Assembly: GCA_905178155.1 (NCBI GenBank)
Contig: CAJINV010000019.1
Coordinates: 688,475 to 752,474, forward strand
DNA length: 64,000 nt
Source of the DNA: Amoebophrya sp. A120
Lineage: Eukaryota > Protista > Dinoflagellata
Direction of reading: 5' to 3'
This document shows positions 1-13,200 of the stretch, in pieces; position 1 is the first letter of the stretch; each line of letters begins with the position of its first letter. The notes under the pieces are model-generated. The model saw only the letters and a list, made by a program, of their open reading frames with translations. It ran no database searches and was not told where the DNA came from. A program made the position numbers and the translations under genes.

Positions 1-115
1 ACAGAAGGTCTGGCATGGAAGCTTTAGAATCACAGGTTTCGAGAAGCTTCCGCAATGCCGAATCCGCATGACCAATTTCTCATTTTGGTGACAGAAAGTG
101 GGCAGCTTTTGCTGC

Positions 116-3100
116 CTACGCATGAGAGATTTTTATGTGTTGTGAAATGCGCATCACAAGTTTGCATTCTTCTAGAGCTGGATATATTTGCAATGCATAA
201 CTGCCATCGCAACTCTCCTCGAAGTCCCAAGGCCCGTCGGCGAGAAAATCCTCCTGGTTCCTCGGATCTTCAAAGTGCGCAGCAAGTGCGTTGCTCGTCC
301 CAGCAGCGCTTGTTTCCTGACCGGGAATAAACGACCCTTCTTGTTGGCTTTCATACTGCAGTTTTTCGATCTTCCTTTTCTTCGACGATTTATTTTTCAA
401 TCTTCTACTTTTCTTCGGAAACAAGGGCGGGCTGCTTTCCGTCACCAAGCTTCTCTCGATTTCCGTCGCGATTTCTTCCTTCATCCTCTTCCCAGTTGCG
501 GAATTCGCGTTAGAAAGTTGCGCATTTGACAGCACTCCAGATTCACTGTACTCATAATCGGAGCTGTTGCCATCTTCTTCCTCCGTATCGGAATTTTGAT
601 TTTCGCCATGATCTTGCTCTTCGTTACTCCGCATGGTCTCCTTTCCGAATTTCGCGTAGAATTCGTTGTTCAGCTGCACAATGTTCTTCAAATTTCCCAC
701 GTTGTTTTCGAGGATGATCACCCGGTTTTCCAAATTCGTATTTTCCTCTTCCAAAACTTGCTTCTCGTCCTCCAATAGACCACATTTATCCTTCAATTCA
801 TTTTGGATCTCCGCATATCAAATGCAAAACTGTCTGGGTCTGGAAGATTCCCAGGTTTGTCATGCATATTTTGCATGACCAATGACGCCTGTAATGCATG
901 CCCTAGCATCCCAGATTTTTAGAAGGCTTCCTGATGCGTATTCCGCACGAGAAATGACCCGCCCGTGTAGCACAAACTGGACTCCCATTGCTAGTCATGC
1001 AATACAGATTTTTTTGGAATCCAAAGACAGCATCACAAGTTACCACCTTCCAGACCCAGACATTTTTGCATTTGATACCGCAGATTCGCGCTCCATCTGC
1101 AGCTTGTGCTCTTCCAATTCCTTGAAGTCCTTTTCCAACTCAGTAATTTTCGTTTTTGCCTTCTCGAATTCCTCGCTTTGTTCTGTGTACCGGAATTCCG
1201 CAAGTGTCTTTTGCTCTTCAAACAACTTATTTTCCGTTTCTAATTCCTTGTTTTTCAAATCCGCTTTTTCGGAATCTTTTTTCACTGTCGCCAATTCGTC
1301 CCTCAGACTATTCGTCTCAGTGACTTGCTCCCGGTAGTGCTGCCGGAGTTCGGTGGTTTGAGATTTCTCAGTGGAAAAAGAGTCTTCTAACTTCTCGAGC
1401 AATTCACTTTTTTCCTTCAGCGTTTTACTCATCGAGTCGAAATCTCGTTGTAAATCCTGCAACTCCAAAACTTGATTCTCCACTAATTCCGACTGCTTTT
1501 CCAAATCGAACCGGAACCTTTCCGCCTCCAAGCATTTCTGCTCAAACGCTTCACTCGTTTTTGCTAGATTTTCCTTCAAGGCTTTGATTGTTTCTTCAAA
1601 GTTGTTTTGCTCTGTTCTTCTATCCTCTTCGACCTTGCTGAACTTCACGAGGAAGTCCTGCACGCACAAGTCTAGGGACTTCGATTTCTGGTCCAAGTCG
1701 TTGATCAACTCGTCTTTCTGTTCAAGCTGCCCCGCGAGGTCGACGTTTGCGGACCGGAGTTGCACCTGCTCCTTCTCGTAATCGTCGACAATCTTCTTCT
1801 TTTCGTAGTTCAAAGTATCAATCAGTTTTTCCTGTTGTTTTGCTTTTTCCGCTTGCTTCGCAGTTGTTTGCTGAATTGATTCGAGCTCTTTCTCTAGTTT
1901 CTGTTTTTCCTTTTCCACATCTATCAACTGTTCCTTGAATTTCTGGATCTCCGCTAACAAATTCCTGCTGTTCGTCACGGAAGTTTTGTTCTCCTCCTGC
2001 TTCTATGAATTGCAAAAATGTCTGGCTCTGGAAGATTGCAACTTGTCATGGTAAATCTGAAGCATGCAAAAATCTGTGTTGCATGAGTGCCAAAAGCTGT
2101 CCACTTTTGACCAAGTTGGAACGGAGTTTCTCATGTAGAATAGGCACGGCAGAGACCTCGCAGAGTGTGTCATGCTAAGTCCCGCATCTCAGACCTCATG
2201 GGTCATGGAAAATCTGCATGACAAGTCTACACTCTTCCAGACATCCAGGGATTTTTGCAGTTGATAGCTTCAATAAAATTTCCGCCTCCAGCTGTTCATT
2301 CCGCTTTTGCAGTATCAAATGCAGCAAATATGTCTGGGTCTGGAAGATTGCGAGACTTGTCATGCTAGTCTTGCATGATTCTGCACTCTGTATTGCGTGG
2401 CCACCAAGAGGTCCTCTTGCCTGTCGTGCAAAAGCGCAGTTGCTCATGCAAAATACGCAGTACAGAAGCACGAAAAAACTTGCCATGCTTGGCGGCGCAT
2501 TACAGAGCGGTTATTGTTCACTGAATTGCATCACAAGTTTCCAGACCCCCAGACATATTTGCAATGCATATGCAGCCGGTTCATGACATTCTTCGCCCGC
2601 TGCTTCTCGCTATCTAGTTCGAGTTCCAGCTCGTTGCACTTTTTCTGGAACAATTTCGCGGACTCCGCTTCCGCTTGCAGCTGGCTGTACTCTTGGTCTT
2701 TCTCCAACTGTTTGAATTCTTCGATTTTTTTATCCTGAGTAAAAGCGTCCCCATACCAGAGTCAACATGGGAAATCTGCTAGACAAATCAGCAAACTTTG
2801 GTTATTTCGCATGGCCAGTTCGTCCTCGTAGTGTAACCCTGCTTAGCCAGTTGGGCAGCATCACAGATCTACCGTATCATGCTATTTCTAGGATGACAAA
2901 TCCCAAAACACGACTAGAAAAAGCTCCTCATGGGGCTTCGCATGAGAAACTTTTTTGGCATGCAGATTTGCATGATGATAAGTCTGGGGTGGGGATGTTT
3001 TTACTCAGAATATTTTTCCGCGCGGATTTCCCGTTCCTGCTGGAAATCCTCTTCGTTTTTATGCTGTGCAAAAGTATCGCAATCGTACTAATTGCAAATA

Positions 3101-4924
3101 TGCATGACAAATCTCCCTCCTGTATGGTAAAACAGCATTACAAATTCCATTGTTCTTCTTGCCAAAATTTGTAATGCAATTTGAACTAGAACTAGTACGT
3201 TTTACTTTTGCAGTTCATAGTTTTTCGCAACTTTTAACTGCTCCTGGACAATCAGCTCGACTAATTCACTATGGATTGCAAAAATGTCTGGGTCTGGAAG
3301 ATTGCCAGGTTTGTCATGCGCATTTTGCATGACTCCTGATGTCTGTGATGCATGCCCTAGCGTCACAGATCTTGTGAGGGCTTCCTGATGCCTATACCGC
3401 ATGGCAAATGCTCTTTCCGTGTAGCAAAACTCGGAGTCTCTTTGCTGCTCATGCAATACAGATTTTTTTAGAATCCAAAATCAGCATGACAAGTTGGAAT
3501 CTTCCAGACCCAGACATTTTTACAGTTGATATTCACGCGTCTGGTCGTCGAGAAACCTGTGTATTTGTGTTGCATACGACGTAGAAGTACCAATAATAGC
3601 CGCGTCCGCGGAGGTAGTGAGGTCATGGCGGTCTTTTTGTCTTCACGCCAAAAAAAGACGCAACTTCTCTGCCCGCCATGCCATCGTGAGTAATGTTATG
3701 CACGACGGCACGGCGGTCGCTAAAAGTATCGAGCTAGAGCTGGCCTCCATTTGGTTTCGAATCGAAAAACCTTCCCCGCATGCTATGGCCCCGCCAGGGC
3801 CCGAGCCAGGGGCGGCCCCTTGGGAGCCCCAAATCGGGCCCATAGCATGCGGATTGGCTTTTTGCTTTTGGCGGGCTTTGTTTTTTTTGTTTTTTTTTGT
3901 CAAAACGCCGCATCTTCTGGCCTTAAGTCCGCCTCTGAAATGGCGGATCTTGAAGGCGTTTTTTACGGGGCCCGAATGTGGGCCAAAATGAGGCCCATAC
4001 CATGCGGATTCGCTGTTTTTTTCGGAGTGCTACTTTTTGGGCGCCCCTTTTTGGGCGCCCCAAACCGCCAGAAACTAAGGCGGTGGGCGCCTCAGAAGGG
4101 CGCCCCTTTTGCCGGCTCCCCTGCGTCGTTTTATCAAGCGGGAATCGATAGTTTTCGACCGGGCTTGTTTGATGGCAAAGCCCCGGCCGCTTGATAATTG
4201 GAAATTTTTTATGCTCAAAAACACCTCCGGCCACTTGAAAACTGCCGGTCGTTTTGCGTGATGCATGGCAAAAAGATCGCTAGGATAGAACGTTCGTGAC
4301 CTCACTACATATGAGCGTCGTGTAGATTGTACGCATTTATTTTTGTCAAGAATGCACATGCAGATGCAACATCCATGGCGAAAACACTTTAAAAGCAACG
4401 GAAGCTGCAACTTCTAATCCATGAGAACCAAAAAAATCAGTCCTCCACCTTAGCGGTTCGTAAAACATTGTGTTCGGAGCGATCGCCGGTACAACGCCGT
4501 CGCTGCCAACAACATGATGAATCTGCTGCGCCTCCGCTGCGCCACTTGCAGTTCCCACGCTGGTCCGGCCCGGCCTCGCTTGATCGCGCAGCATTGAGAC
4601 CTCCTGCAAGTACGCTTTCTGCGATTCGGCTTTCTGCTTCGTGAGCAGAGCATTTTTCTGCTCGGCATCTTGCAGCTTCTTCTGTTCTTTGGACAAGAGG
4701 TCGAAGGTTTTCTTGAAAACGAGCTCCAGAAGCTCCTCATCCGTAGTCTTCGGCAGGGAGTACTTCAGCCGGCGAGCATAGTCGGCGTAGGTGGTAAGCT
4801 GCGTTGTTGGTTGTTGGGTAGTTGTGGGGGGAAGTAGGGACGTGGACGAAGAATTGTGGCCGCTCAACACCCCGCCGCCGTTCCGCGGCGGGTAATTTTT
4901 GTCGAGAAGATTATGGAGACTCAT
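116..4924 (-). CDS. Long coiled-coil protein, 799 aa after splicing (6 introners plus one GT-AG intron at 3557-4448)
   Basis: ORF pieces join in frame when each element plus one 5-bp repeat is removed (MERESA|EIQNELKDKC, EILLK|QEENK, AEK|IEEF, FYEPLR|FLDDQTREL). Spliced length is 2400 nt. E/K/Q/L heptad-rich. Confidence 0.85.
816..1077. mobile_element. Introner family A (TIR TATCAAATGCAAA..TGTCTGGGTCTGGAAG)
   Basis: ~30-bp TIR; direct repeat CCGCA at 811-815 and 1078-1082; removal restores frame. Confidence 0.92.
2004..2266. mobile_element. Introner family A
   Basis: TIR; direct repeat GCTTC; frame restored. Confidence 0.9.
2313..2570. mobile_element. Introner family A
   Basis: TIR; direct repeat TGCAG; frame restored. 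Confidence 0.9.
2731..3012. mobile_element. Introner family B (TIR TATCCTGAGTAAAA)
   Basis: TIR; direct repeat TTTTT; same TIR as 55842-56121. Confidence 0.88.
3060..3219. mobile_element. Introner family C (short; TIR TAT.CTGTGCAAAAGTA)
   Basis: TIR; direct repeat GTTTT; frame restored. Confidence 0.88.
3270..3531. mobile_element. Introner family A
   Basis: TIR; direct repeat TTCAC; frame restored. Confidence 0.9.
3614..4308. mobile_element. MITE-like GC-rich element inside the canonical intron
   Basis: Perfect 12-bp inverted repeat GTAGTGAGGTCA/TGACCTCACTAC, imperfect subterminal inverted repeat, many GGGCCC/GGCGCC palindromes; no TSD found. Confidence 0.45.
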
Positions 4925-6904
4925 TTTTTTGGTCTGACAAGAATTGAATTGCTCGTGACTTGCAAAAATCACAGGGGAAGAATTCAGTGTCGGTTGTCAA
5001 CATTTTATTTCCCCCTGTCGCGGGGGACACAGTTTTCTACTTCAGAGGGCCATGCACATGCTCCCTCCTCGTTTAAGGTTGATCTTCCTTCTACTTGTTT
5101 GGAGGCACTTCCTGGTTGCAACAAGCCAAACTGGTAGGTGTTGCAACAAGGAACAGAAATTCCTTGCCTTGTGCAAATAGAAATTTGCACTACACTGGAG
5201 CGAAATATAGAGGAAGACGAAAGCGCACGACTGAAAATTTGATAGTACGAAGGGAACACGACCTACATCTTCAAGCCACCCCCGACAACGATAATGATCA
5301 CGTGCTTCACGATGCAAACCACACACACCCTCGCTTCACTCTGCCTCATGTTCTCGAATCAAGATCAACCAAACTATGCCCCGAGCTTGAAAATACATAC
5401 AGACATATATACAGGATCCATGCGACAACTTGCTTGATTGCTTGGGTACACCCCACCCTCGCTGTAACACACTTCTGATGGTGAATTGAGTTTGATCCTG
5501 GTGTCCCCAGGAAAACGATCCATGCAACGATGTACGGACGAGCAAGACTTTGAAGCAACACTCTGTGTTCGTGATTCAGACAAACAACACAAGAGGTGAA
5601 CAGGGATCCATCCTGGACGTGCCCGGGCCGCCCAGGGCTGGGGTGGCGACTTAAAGCGCACCGGCGGGCTCTATAATTTCCAATGTTCCTGATGGCAGCG
5701 TCAATGCGTCCTCGCTACTAGCGTCGTGCTGATCGATTTTACCGCGGTCTTTCAATGGCGGCGGCGGGCTACAAGCCTCGCACCGCGTTCATTGTGCATC
5801 CTTCACTCTAGCGGATGCTGCTGCCTCTTTGCAGGAGCAATATTGTACAAAATATGTCTATGTAAGACGCGGTCTTTGGCACGGCACTGATTTCCCAACA
5901 ACATGGGCTCAGTGCTGCTCGTCATCTGTACTATCGCCTACGTCTTCTGTTGCCTGTGCAGATCCGTTGCGAGGAACTCGAAGCGGCATTGCCACTTCGC
6001 CTCTACTTCCATTCATTGGATCTGCAACTGCATCTTTGGCAAACGCAAAATCATGATGTCAAGGGGTCGGCGCGAAAACCTTCCGTTGGGTAGTTTGGGG
6101 CTGGTGTAGTTCATCATCTGTATTTCTAATCGAGCACCCTTGTCGTTTTGACTCGGAGCGGGGCTGGGGTTTCGAGAGACAAGTAGAATTTTGCATAGCA
6201 CTTCTCCACTTGCACTTCTCGATGTTATTACGGTTGTAGTTTCCATTCTGATGTACGTGCGTGCTTCGTGCGCCCTCGTGCAGCTTTTGGTTAAATCAAA
6301 AAAGTTGATTGTTTCAAAATGTAGCAATTATACAACAGTCATTTCAGTGCTGAATTCACGGCGACGGAATTAGAGGTCAACAACAGAAAAATCACTCAAG
6401 ATCCAAACCGTTTTAATATGAACTACGCAGTTGCAGTTCAACCGTTTCTGTAGTCGAACCATAATGAAAGATTTATCACATGCTATACAAAACTTCGCAG
6501 CATCTGGAAAACCAAAACAGAACCAAATCATACATACGTGGTGCGAAAATCAAAATTAAAGTACTATCTCACTATATTTCTTCTGCCAAAAACCAAACCA
6601 GCTCCGCCAATGCGTCAGCACGATTGAGCATAGTTGTGAGGTGTGGGTAGGTGGGACAAAAAATTATCAGTGTTGGACGCAAGCGGAACACGCACCGCAC
6701 AAATAGCGCAAGGCGCGAATGTTTGAGCGTGCCTAGGTCAGACGTTCCTTACTCGAAAGTTTCGTAGATGATCTTGTTCCATTATACATATGTAATATAT
6801 AATGCTGAGAATAGTGAAAGAATATACTATTCATAGCGTCCTGCACCTGCTTTCAACACAAGGCTGAGAAATAAATCGTGGTGAAAAATGCGGTGAAGCT
6901 AAAG

Positions 6905-8230
6905 CTAGAAGAGCCATGGACAACCTCCAGCGCCTGCACTACATCCTGACCATGCCTCCAGTTGCATTCGGACGAAATCTTGGCTGTATCCGTTCTGGTC
7001 AACATCGGACGATGAAGATCCATGCCGCTGGTCTTGAGCAGCTGCCGGGGGGTTCATCCTCTGCCCGTCGCGAGGTTGGCCACGAGGGGGGGCACTACGT
7101 TGGGCGTCTGCTGCCGCAGCAGCGGCTTGTGGTCCACTCAGTGCGGGACCACAAGCCTGCGAAGAAGCGGAAGCTGGAGCTGATGATGTCCACATCCTGC
7201 GAAAAAGGTTTTTAACGCGCCCCACGCAGGTACCTGGCTCCTGTCTCGCTGATGGGTATGCTCTAGCATCAACATGCATTCGCCTGCCTTGGGTCGCACG
7301 CCTGGTCGTTGGAGGGACAGGAGAGATTCGCCGGCCGTGGCTAGCACCATCAGGCATAATGCCTGACGGGAGAGACGGAGCCGCGAATGCCATTCGCGGC
7401 TCCGCCTCGCCCGTCTCAGTAGTTTCCTGCTGTCTCGGCGAAGAGACAGGAGACGAGATTCTTCGCAGGACGGAGCTAGCACCAGCACTCCTTCGCGGGC
7501 GCGTCGTGCCCGTCTCCACCGCGCCCGTCTCCGCCTCCTCCAGCATTCCCAGGCCGCCCGTCTGCATCGTCGACGCCGCTGGCCTTGCGTGGCTGGATGG
7601 CCCTTCCCTAGAATCAACAAGCATTCGCACGCCCGTGTTCACCGCGCCCGTCTGCGTCTCTTCTCCTCGAGCATTAACATGCATGCGCACGCCCGTGTTC
7701 ACCGCGCCCGTCTCTTCTCCTCGAGCATTAACATGCATGCGCACGCCCGTGTTCACCGCGCCCGTCTCTTCTCCTCGAGCATTAACATGCATGCGCACGC
7801 CCGTGTTCACCGCGCCCGTCTCTTCTCCTCGAGCATCAACATGCATTCGCACGCCCGTGTTCACCGCGTCCGTCTCTTCTCCTCGAGCAGCAACAAGCAT
7901 GCGCACGCCCGTGTTCACCGCGCCCGTCTCTTCTCCTCGAGCAGCAACAGGCATTCGCACGCCCGTGTTCACCGCGTCCGTCTCTTCTCCTCGAGCAGCA
8001 ACAGGCATTCGCCGCACGCCCGTCGGTATCGTCGACGCCGTTGGCCCTTCGCGGCTTGAACTTGATGCCCGTGTACTAGCATTAACACGCCGGCGCATGC
8101 CCCAGCCGGATGGAGGAGGTCTTTCTGCGCCTCTCATTCGCCGGCCGTTCACAGAGTCGAGCATGTTGATAGTAGCAAAAGTGAAGGCGACAGAAAGCGC
8201 CATGATGGTACGAAGAGACGACCTCATCAT
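6905..8230 (-). CDS. Putative secreted low-complexity protein with 18-aa tandem repeats
   Basis: Uninterrupted ORF; first ATG at 8230; hydrophobic N-terminus (IMALSVAFTFATINMLDSVNG). Confidence 0.7.
   Translation of the reverse strand: MMRSSLRTIMALSVAFTFATINMLDSVNGRRMRGAERPPPSGWGMRRRVNASTRASSSSREGPTASTIPTGVRRMPVAARGEETDAVNTGVRMPVAARGEETGAVNTGVRMLVAARGEETDAVNTGVRMHVDARGEETGAVNTGVRMHVNARGEETGAVNTGVRMHVNARGEETGAVNTGVRMHVNARGEETQTGAVNTGVRMLVDSREGPSSHARPAASTMQTGGLGMLEEAETGAVETGTTRPRRSAGASSVLRRISSPVSSPRQQETTETGEAEPRMAFAAPSLPSGIMPDGASHGRRISPVPPTTRRATQGRRMHVDARAYPSARQEPGTCVGRVKNLFRRMWTSSAPASASSQACGPALSGPQAAAAAADAQRSAPPRGQPRDGQRMNPPAAAQDQRHGSSSSDVDQNGYSQDFVRMQLEAWSGCSAGAGGCPWLF
7612..8010. repeat. 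54-bp coding minisatellite, about 7 copies (ARGEETGAVNTGVRMHVN)
   Basis: Near-identical units visible in DNA and protein. Confidence 0.95.
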
Positions 8231-10269
8231 TTTGCTTTCCCAGGGACTAATTCCTTCGTGCAAAAATTCTATAGACTGACGCAGTGTCTTGCTTGTTATT
8301 TCAAAAATGTGGCAAAGTTCTTGTGCTGTGCGGACGTGCTACAACACTTACAAGCGACAGGCACTGTCGTAGATAATAATACCGATGTTGCAAACAACCT
8401 TCTTATCCTATCAAAGTCTTGGATCAGGGCAACGCTTGTTCGTCTTTCCTGAAAGTCTTCTTAAACTACGATGCGATAAGAGGAGCAAAAATCGCAATCG
8501 GTTGGAGTTGGATGGTATTAATCAGGGGCCTGCTGGATGAATCGAGGTGGTTCAAAATAATCGATCTCTGACACGATTCATCACACCATAGGACCGATCT
8601 TCAGAAGTAGCTGGATATCCTGCGCAAAAATATCGCACTCGTAGTATTTGCATCGTTGGAGATTTGGAAAAGGAAAACAAGTCACTACGTAGCATAGGCG
8701 GGGCACTCAATCAGCGGCACACAATTCATAGATTGCATCGCACAAAAATTGTGATTTTCTGAAGATGCGGATCAACGTTATTCAGCCTCGTACAGGCCTC
8801 GGGGTTGAGCTTGGACCATCAACATCAATTTTGTTGAACGCTACCTCCCCGGATCAATCAATGGAATTTCAGAGCTGCATTTTTGGAATTCAGAGCTTCG
8901 GTTTTTCATCGAAAAATGATCTACCCCGGAAAACAAAGCAGATCTCGAACGCGTAAGTGAACAGTTTTTTTTTATTTTTGTGTAGCGTAATAAACATGCA
9001 GTCAAGTGCTGTACCGACGATTTTTTGGAAAACAAATTTGGTAGACAAGAGGCAGATCTGTCATGCGGGACAATCGTGATTGCTAAAAACGGTAGGATGC
9101 TCCTTTTGCAATGCATACCGCCAGGGAGACTTTGGACTCGACCAACGCGGTCAGGGCGAGAAACTGGTCCTTGGTGACCAAGGCAGATTTTTTGAGATTC
9201 ATCGCAGGCAGAGTCTGTGTGCTGTCACCTGCCTGTATGGAACTGTCAAGCGTTACAGTCTCAACTGTTACATACGTTTGTCATGCAAAACTGGCATCAA
9301 TATCCACACGATGTTGAAGCTGCCTCGCATGAGAAAATTTGGTCACTGATGAGCTGTACTTATCTTCGCATGCAGTACATCGTAGCGCGCCTTGACGTCG
9401 GCGCGCAAGACGTCAATCTTTGCCTGGCAAGGGTGAGGGTAACTTTTCTCGAGGAGGTTATGGACGACTTTTACGTTCGACCGACACTTTGGATTTCGAA
9501 GGGACCACGACGCGACAGGATTTGAAAATGATACTGAATATGACTGTGTAAACCGCATGATCAGAGCAATAAGAAGCAACGAATCCGACACAAAAGATGC
9601 ACATCACAACCAAAAAGAACACGCAACCCGAATAACGATAGTCAGACGAAAGTAGGCATTGCCTTTTCGTGGAACTACGCTTGCATTTTTTATGAAGAAA
9701 TTTACTGCGGACGACTGAAAGTAGGAGTTTCGTTGCCCCACACGATGATGTTGAGCCACCTCGCTTCATTCCTTCTTTCAGATGAGAGATTGAAAAGAGT
9801 TTTCTCTAATGATGGGGGAAAGCAAATGCGGGAAAAGTTCTGGATAAAAGCATGACAAATTTTCTTTCGGATGTATTTCTGGTCGTTGCGTTTCTCTAAG
9901 TTCGCTACTCTTTCACTGCAAGATTAAAAATACAGTGTAAAAGTAGTGCACCTTTTTTCTGTTACAACTTTAGTACTAACGCTTTTACCGAGGAGCAAAA
10001 TCAAAAAGCAGCTGGGTTACAGCTGTCTTTAAATACCTAAAAGTGGAAACTGAGAAAAACTTCTCTTCTGTGCGTGTAAAGAATTACGCCGGTCGGCGAA
10101 AAACTGAAAAATGCGACGTATAGGGAATAGCAAAATGGTGCAAGTTTTGAAAGGTTGATCTAAAGTATGAATGTGCGAATGTAAAGTGGAAAATGAAAAT
10201 GTAGCTATGTATACTATTGTTGAAAAAAAAATGCAAAATGCTAATTCAATTGGAAATCCGAAATACTTG

Positions 10270-13200
10270 TTACTTGTCGTCGTTGTAATATGGGTTGGCA
10301 TTCGATTGCAAAGTTAGGAAGTCGTCGTCGTCTCCTGAATTACTCCTTCCATAGCACTGCGGGTCCTGTAGTTTCTCTTTTGACAGCGATCTGCTCATCG
10401 CTTTTCCTAGCGCTTTCTTCTTCTGTTTCTCATAACTCATTTGTCGATTTAGTTTCTTTTGCTCCGCGGCTTCCTGTGCGTCGGCAAGCAGCGCCGGATC
10501 GATCGCGAAGTTGCCACTCGAGCTGACTTATGCATTGCAAATATGGCTGGGTCTGGAAGAGTGTAAAACAAGTTTTTCATGACCTATGAGGTCTGCTTCT
10601 GGAATGCGGAACCTAGCATGAGAGACTGTGTGAGGTCTCTGTCATGCCTATCCAGCATCAGAAACTGTGTGAGGTCTCTGTCATGCAATACAGATTTTTG
10701 CATGATTCGGATTTAGCATGACAAGTTTGGATTCTTCCAGACCCAGACATACTTATTTGCATTTCATATGACTAGCTCGTCTTCGCTCACCTGTACAATC
10801 ACGGAGGGCACACTGTCCGTCTGCCGGGTACCCCTCGCTAGTGTTTCGGCGGATTTCTCGTGGGCGGGGGCCTTGGATGCGGCACTCCCCGCTTTCGTCT
10901 TTTTCTTGTGCAGTTCCGCCTCCTTAGACGCTTGCCTCACAAACCCGTGCGCATTCGCTACCTTTTTCACACCAGAAGCCGGGCTCGGCTTTCTGGCACC
11001 TGCGGCGCTAGTACTTTTCATCGCAGATGAAGTGGAATTAGTGCTTTTCGCCGACGCGTTGCTTTTCATCGATGCGGCCGCAGCGCTCCTGGCGGCGGCC
11101 GAACTTGCGGCATCTTTGCCGAAGGTCATGTTGCCGCTCTTTAGCATGTCGTAGTTGTCGGATCTGCCCGCGATGGAGTTGCCCTGGGCGCTGAAGTCGT
11201 CGGATTTTTTCTCGTGCGCAAAATGGCCTGAGTACTGCTCCCCGGTGGCCGCAGCGTTCTTCGCTGCCTCAGCTGCAGATGTCCCGCCCGGTGGAATATT
11301 GTGATGTTGACCGTGATGTCCCCCACCTCCGATGTTATCTATTTGGGTTTTGTAACCGCCAGAAGCGAAGGCGCTGCTTCCCGGCTCGGATTCCTCGCTG
11401 GCGGTCCCGGCAGTTTTCGCACTACTCGGTCCCCCAATTTTTGCGCCCGGTTCGCCGTGCGATTTCTGCACTTTGCCCTCGCCGCTGACCTCCACGACCA
11501 CCATGACATCCGACTTCTTCTTGGTGTCTGTAGCAACCTCCGTCCCCGTCTGTTTTGACCGCTGGCCCCGCGACACCTTCGATCGCAGTTGCGTGCCCCG
11601 AGATTTGGCCTTTCGGGTCGCGCGGATCTGGTCTATCACTTTTTTCCGCTGTTTCTCTAACGCCTTCATAAACGGCCCGACCTGTGCGCAAAACACCTTG
11701 TCTTCTCGCTTCTGCTTTTTCATCTCTAACGAGGACCACTCATAGCCGCCAGAACTTCGCTTACTCCAATCAGTGCGGTGCGTCGCGCGCGACGGTACCG
11801 TGGAGGCTTTGCTTGTTGGTTCTTTGGCAGCTGCTCCGATCTGGTCGGTTTTCCGGGAGCCCTGGCTGCGAGGGCCTTTGTCATAATTTCCGGTGTCCGA
11901 CTGTTCGCTGGCGCTGCTCCCCGTTTCTTCGCCGAATCGCGACAAGTTCTCCCGCTCCCCCTCAGCGCGGTTTTTGCTCATCGCTTTCGCGGCAACAGCG
12001 TCCACATCCGCTTCGACGCGACTGCCTTGCCCTATGGGGTTCTCAAACGTTACATTCTCAACTGTTGCATGATTTGTCATGCAAAAACGCTATTGCTCTG
12101 CACACCATCAAGCCTTCTTTGCATCACAAGTTCTCGACGCGCTAGATAGCATTATAATCTGCTCCAAGCCTGTAATGCAAAAGGCGCAACCTTTTCCCTT
12201 TCACTTTTGCCATTCTTGCATCACAAATTCATGTAACAGTTGAGAATGCAACAATTGAGAATTCCATATGCCCGGTCGCCCGACTGTCCAGCTCGCGCCG
12301 CACGCCGTCGGACTTTTGATCTGTGGCGCGGGAAGGTGATTTTTGCTTCTTAGTCGCGCCGGTCTCTGTTTCTGTTTCTGACTCCGTGGACGTCGCCGCG
12401 CCGGTCCGTTTGCTGGCATCGGAGAGTATGTCGGACTCGGACAGAAACTCGAGTTCTTTATTCTTTCCGTGGACCACCACCATGCCCGGGATCTTTTTGA
12501 TATAGGAATTGATCCCGGACTCGGTTATATCCGGGTACTTGCCCCCCTCCGGGTGGTACCCCGCGCCTATGTCCTTCAGCGGCCCGAGGAAGGAAACCTC
12601 TTCGCTGAACTTGTAGTAGATGTCCAGCAACACCGCCTCCTCTAGGAAATAGTCGTCTTCGTCGTCGCTCAAATCCAACAGCCGTCCCCTCTCGAGGTCG
12701 GTGTCGCTATCGGAGGAAGTATTATCCCCACCAGCTTTTCTACTTTTGTTCTTTGCCGCGTGGTTGAAGCGCTTCTGTTTCCACACCAGGTTACTCCCCG
12801 CGGGGTAGTAGCTCAGCCGCACGTAGGCGCGTTCAAACACCATGTGGTACACGTGCCTCGCGCCCCACATCTGGATCCCGTCGGGGTACTTAAAGTCTTT
12901 ATCGGCGGTCCCGCGCTGCCCACAGCAGTACGGAATGACAAACGCGAATAGATAGAGCGGGAACAAAAGAATCGACCCGATCCAGCTCAAGATGATAAAC
13001 GCCGCGTTTTGCTTCGTCCCGTCCGTGCCGGGATTTTTCTGCCGGCACCCGCAGCACAGCGCCGGCGCGCAGCAGCAACACAGGGACTCGAACCACTGCT
13101 CATTCGCCAAGTACTCGGCGAAAAGTTTTGCATACTCATCGTCCCAGGTGGAATAGCAGATGATTTCGCCCAAATCAAGCTTCCCGAGTTCGGGGCATTC

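Noticed and set aside
5005-6373. Short ORFs as a gene (likewise 19121-19733 and 32775-33305)
   Set aside because: No motifs or consistent splice model; cannot be supported from sequence alone
7612-8010. CRISPR array or plus-strand ORF 7359-8279
   Set aside because: In-frame 54-bp coding repeat; the plus-strand ORF is its antisense shadow
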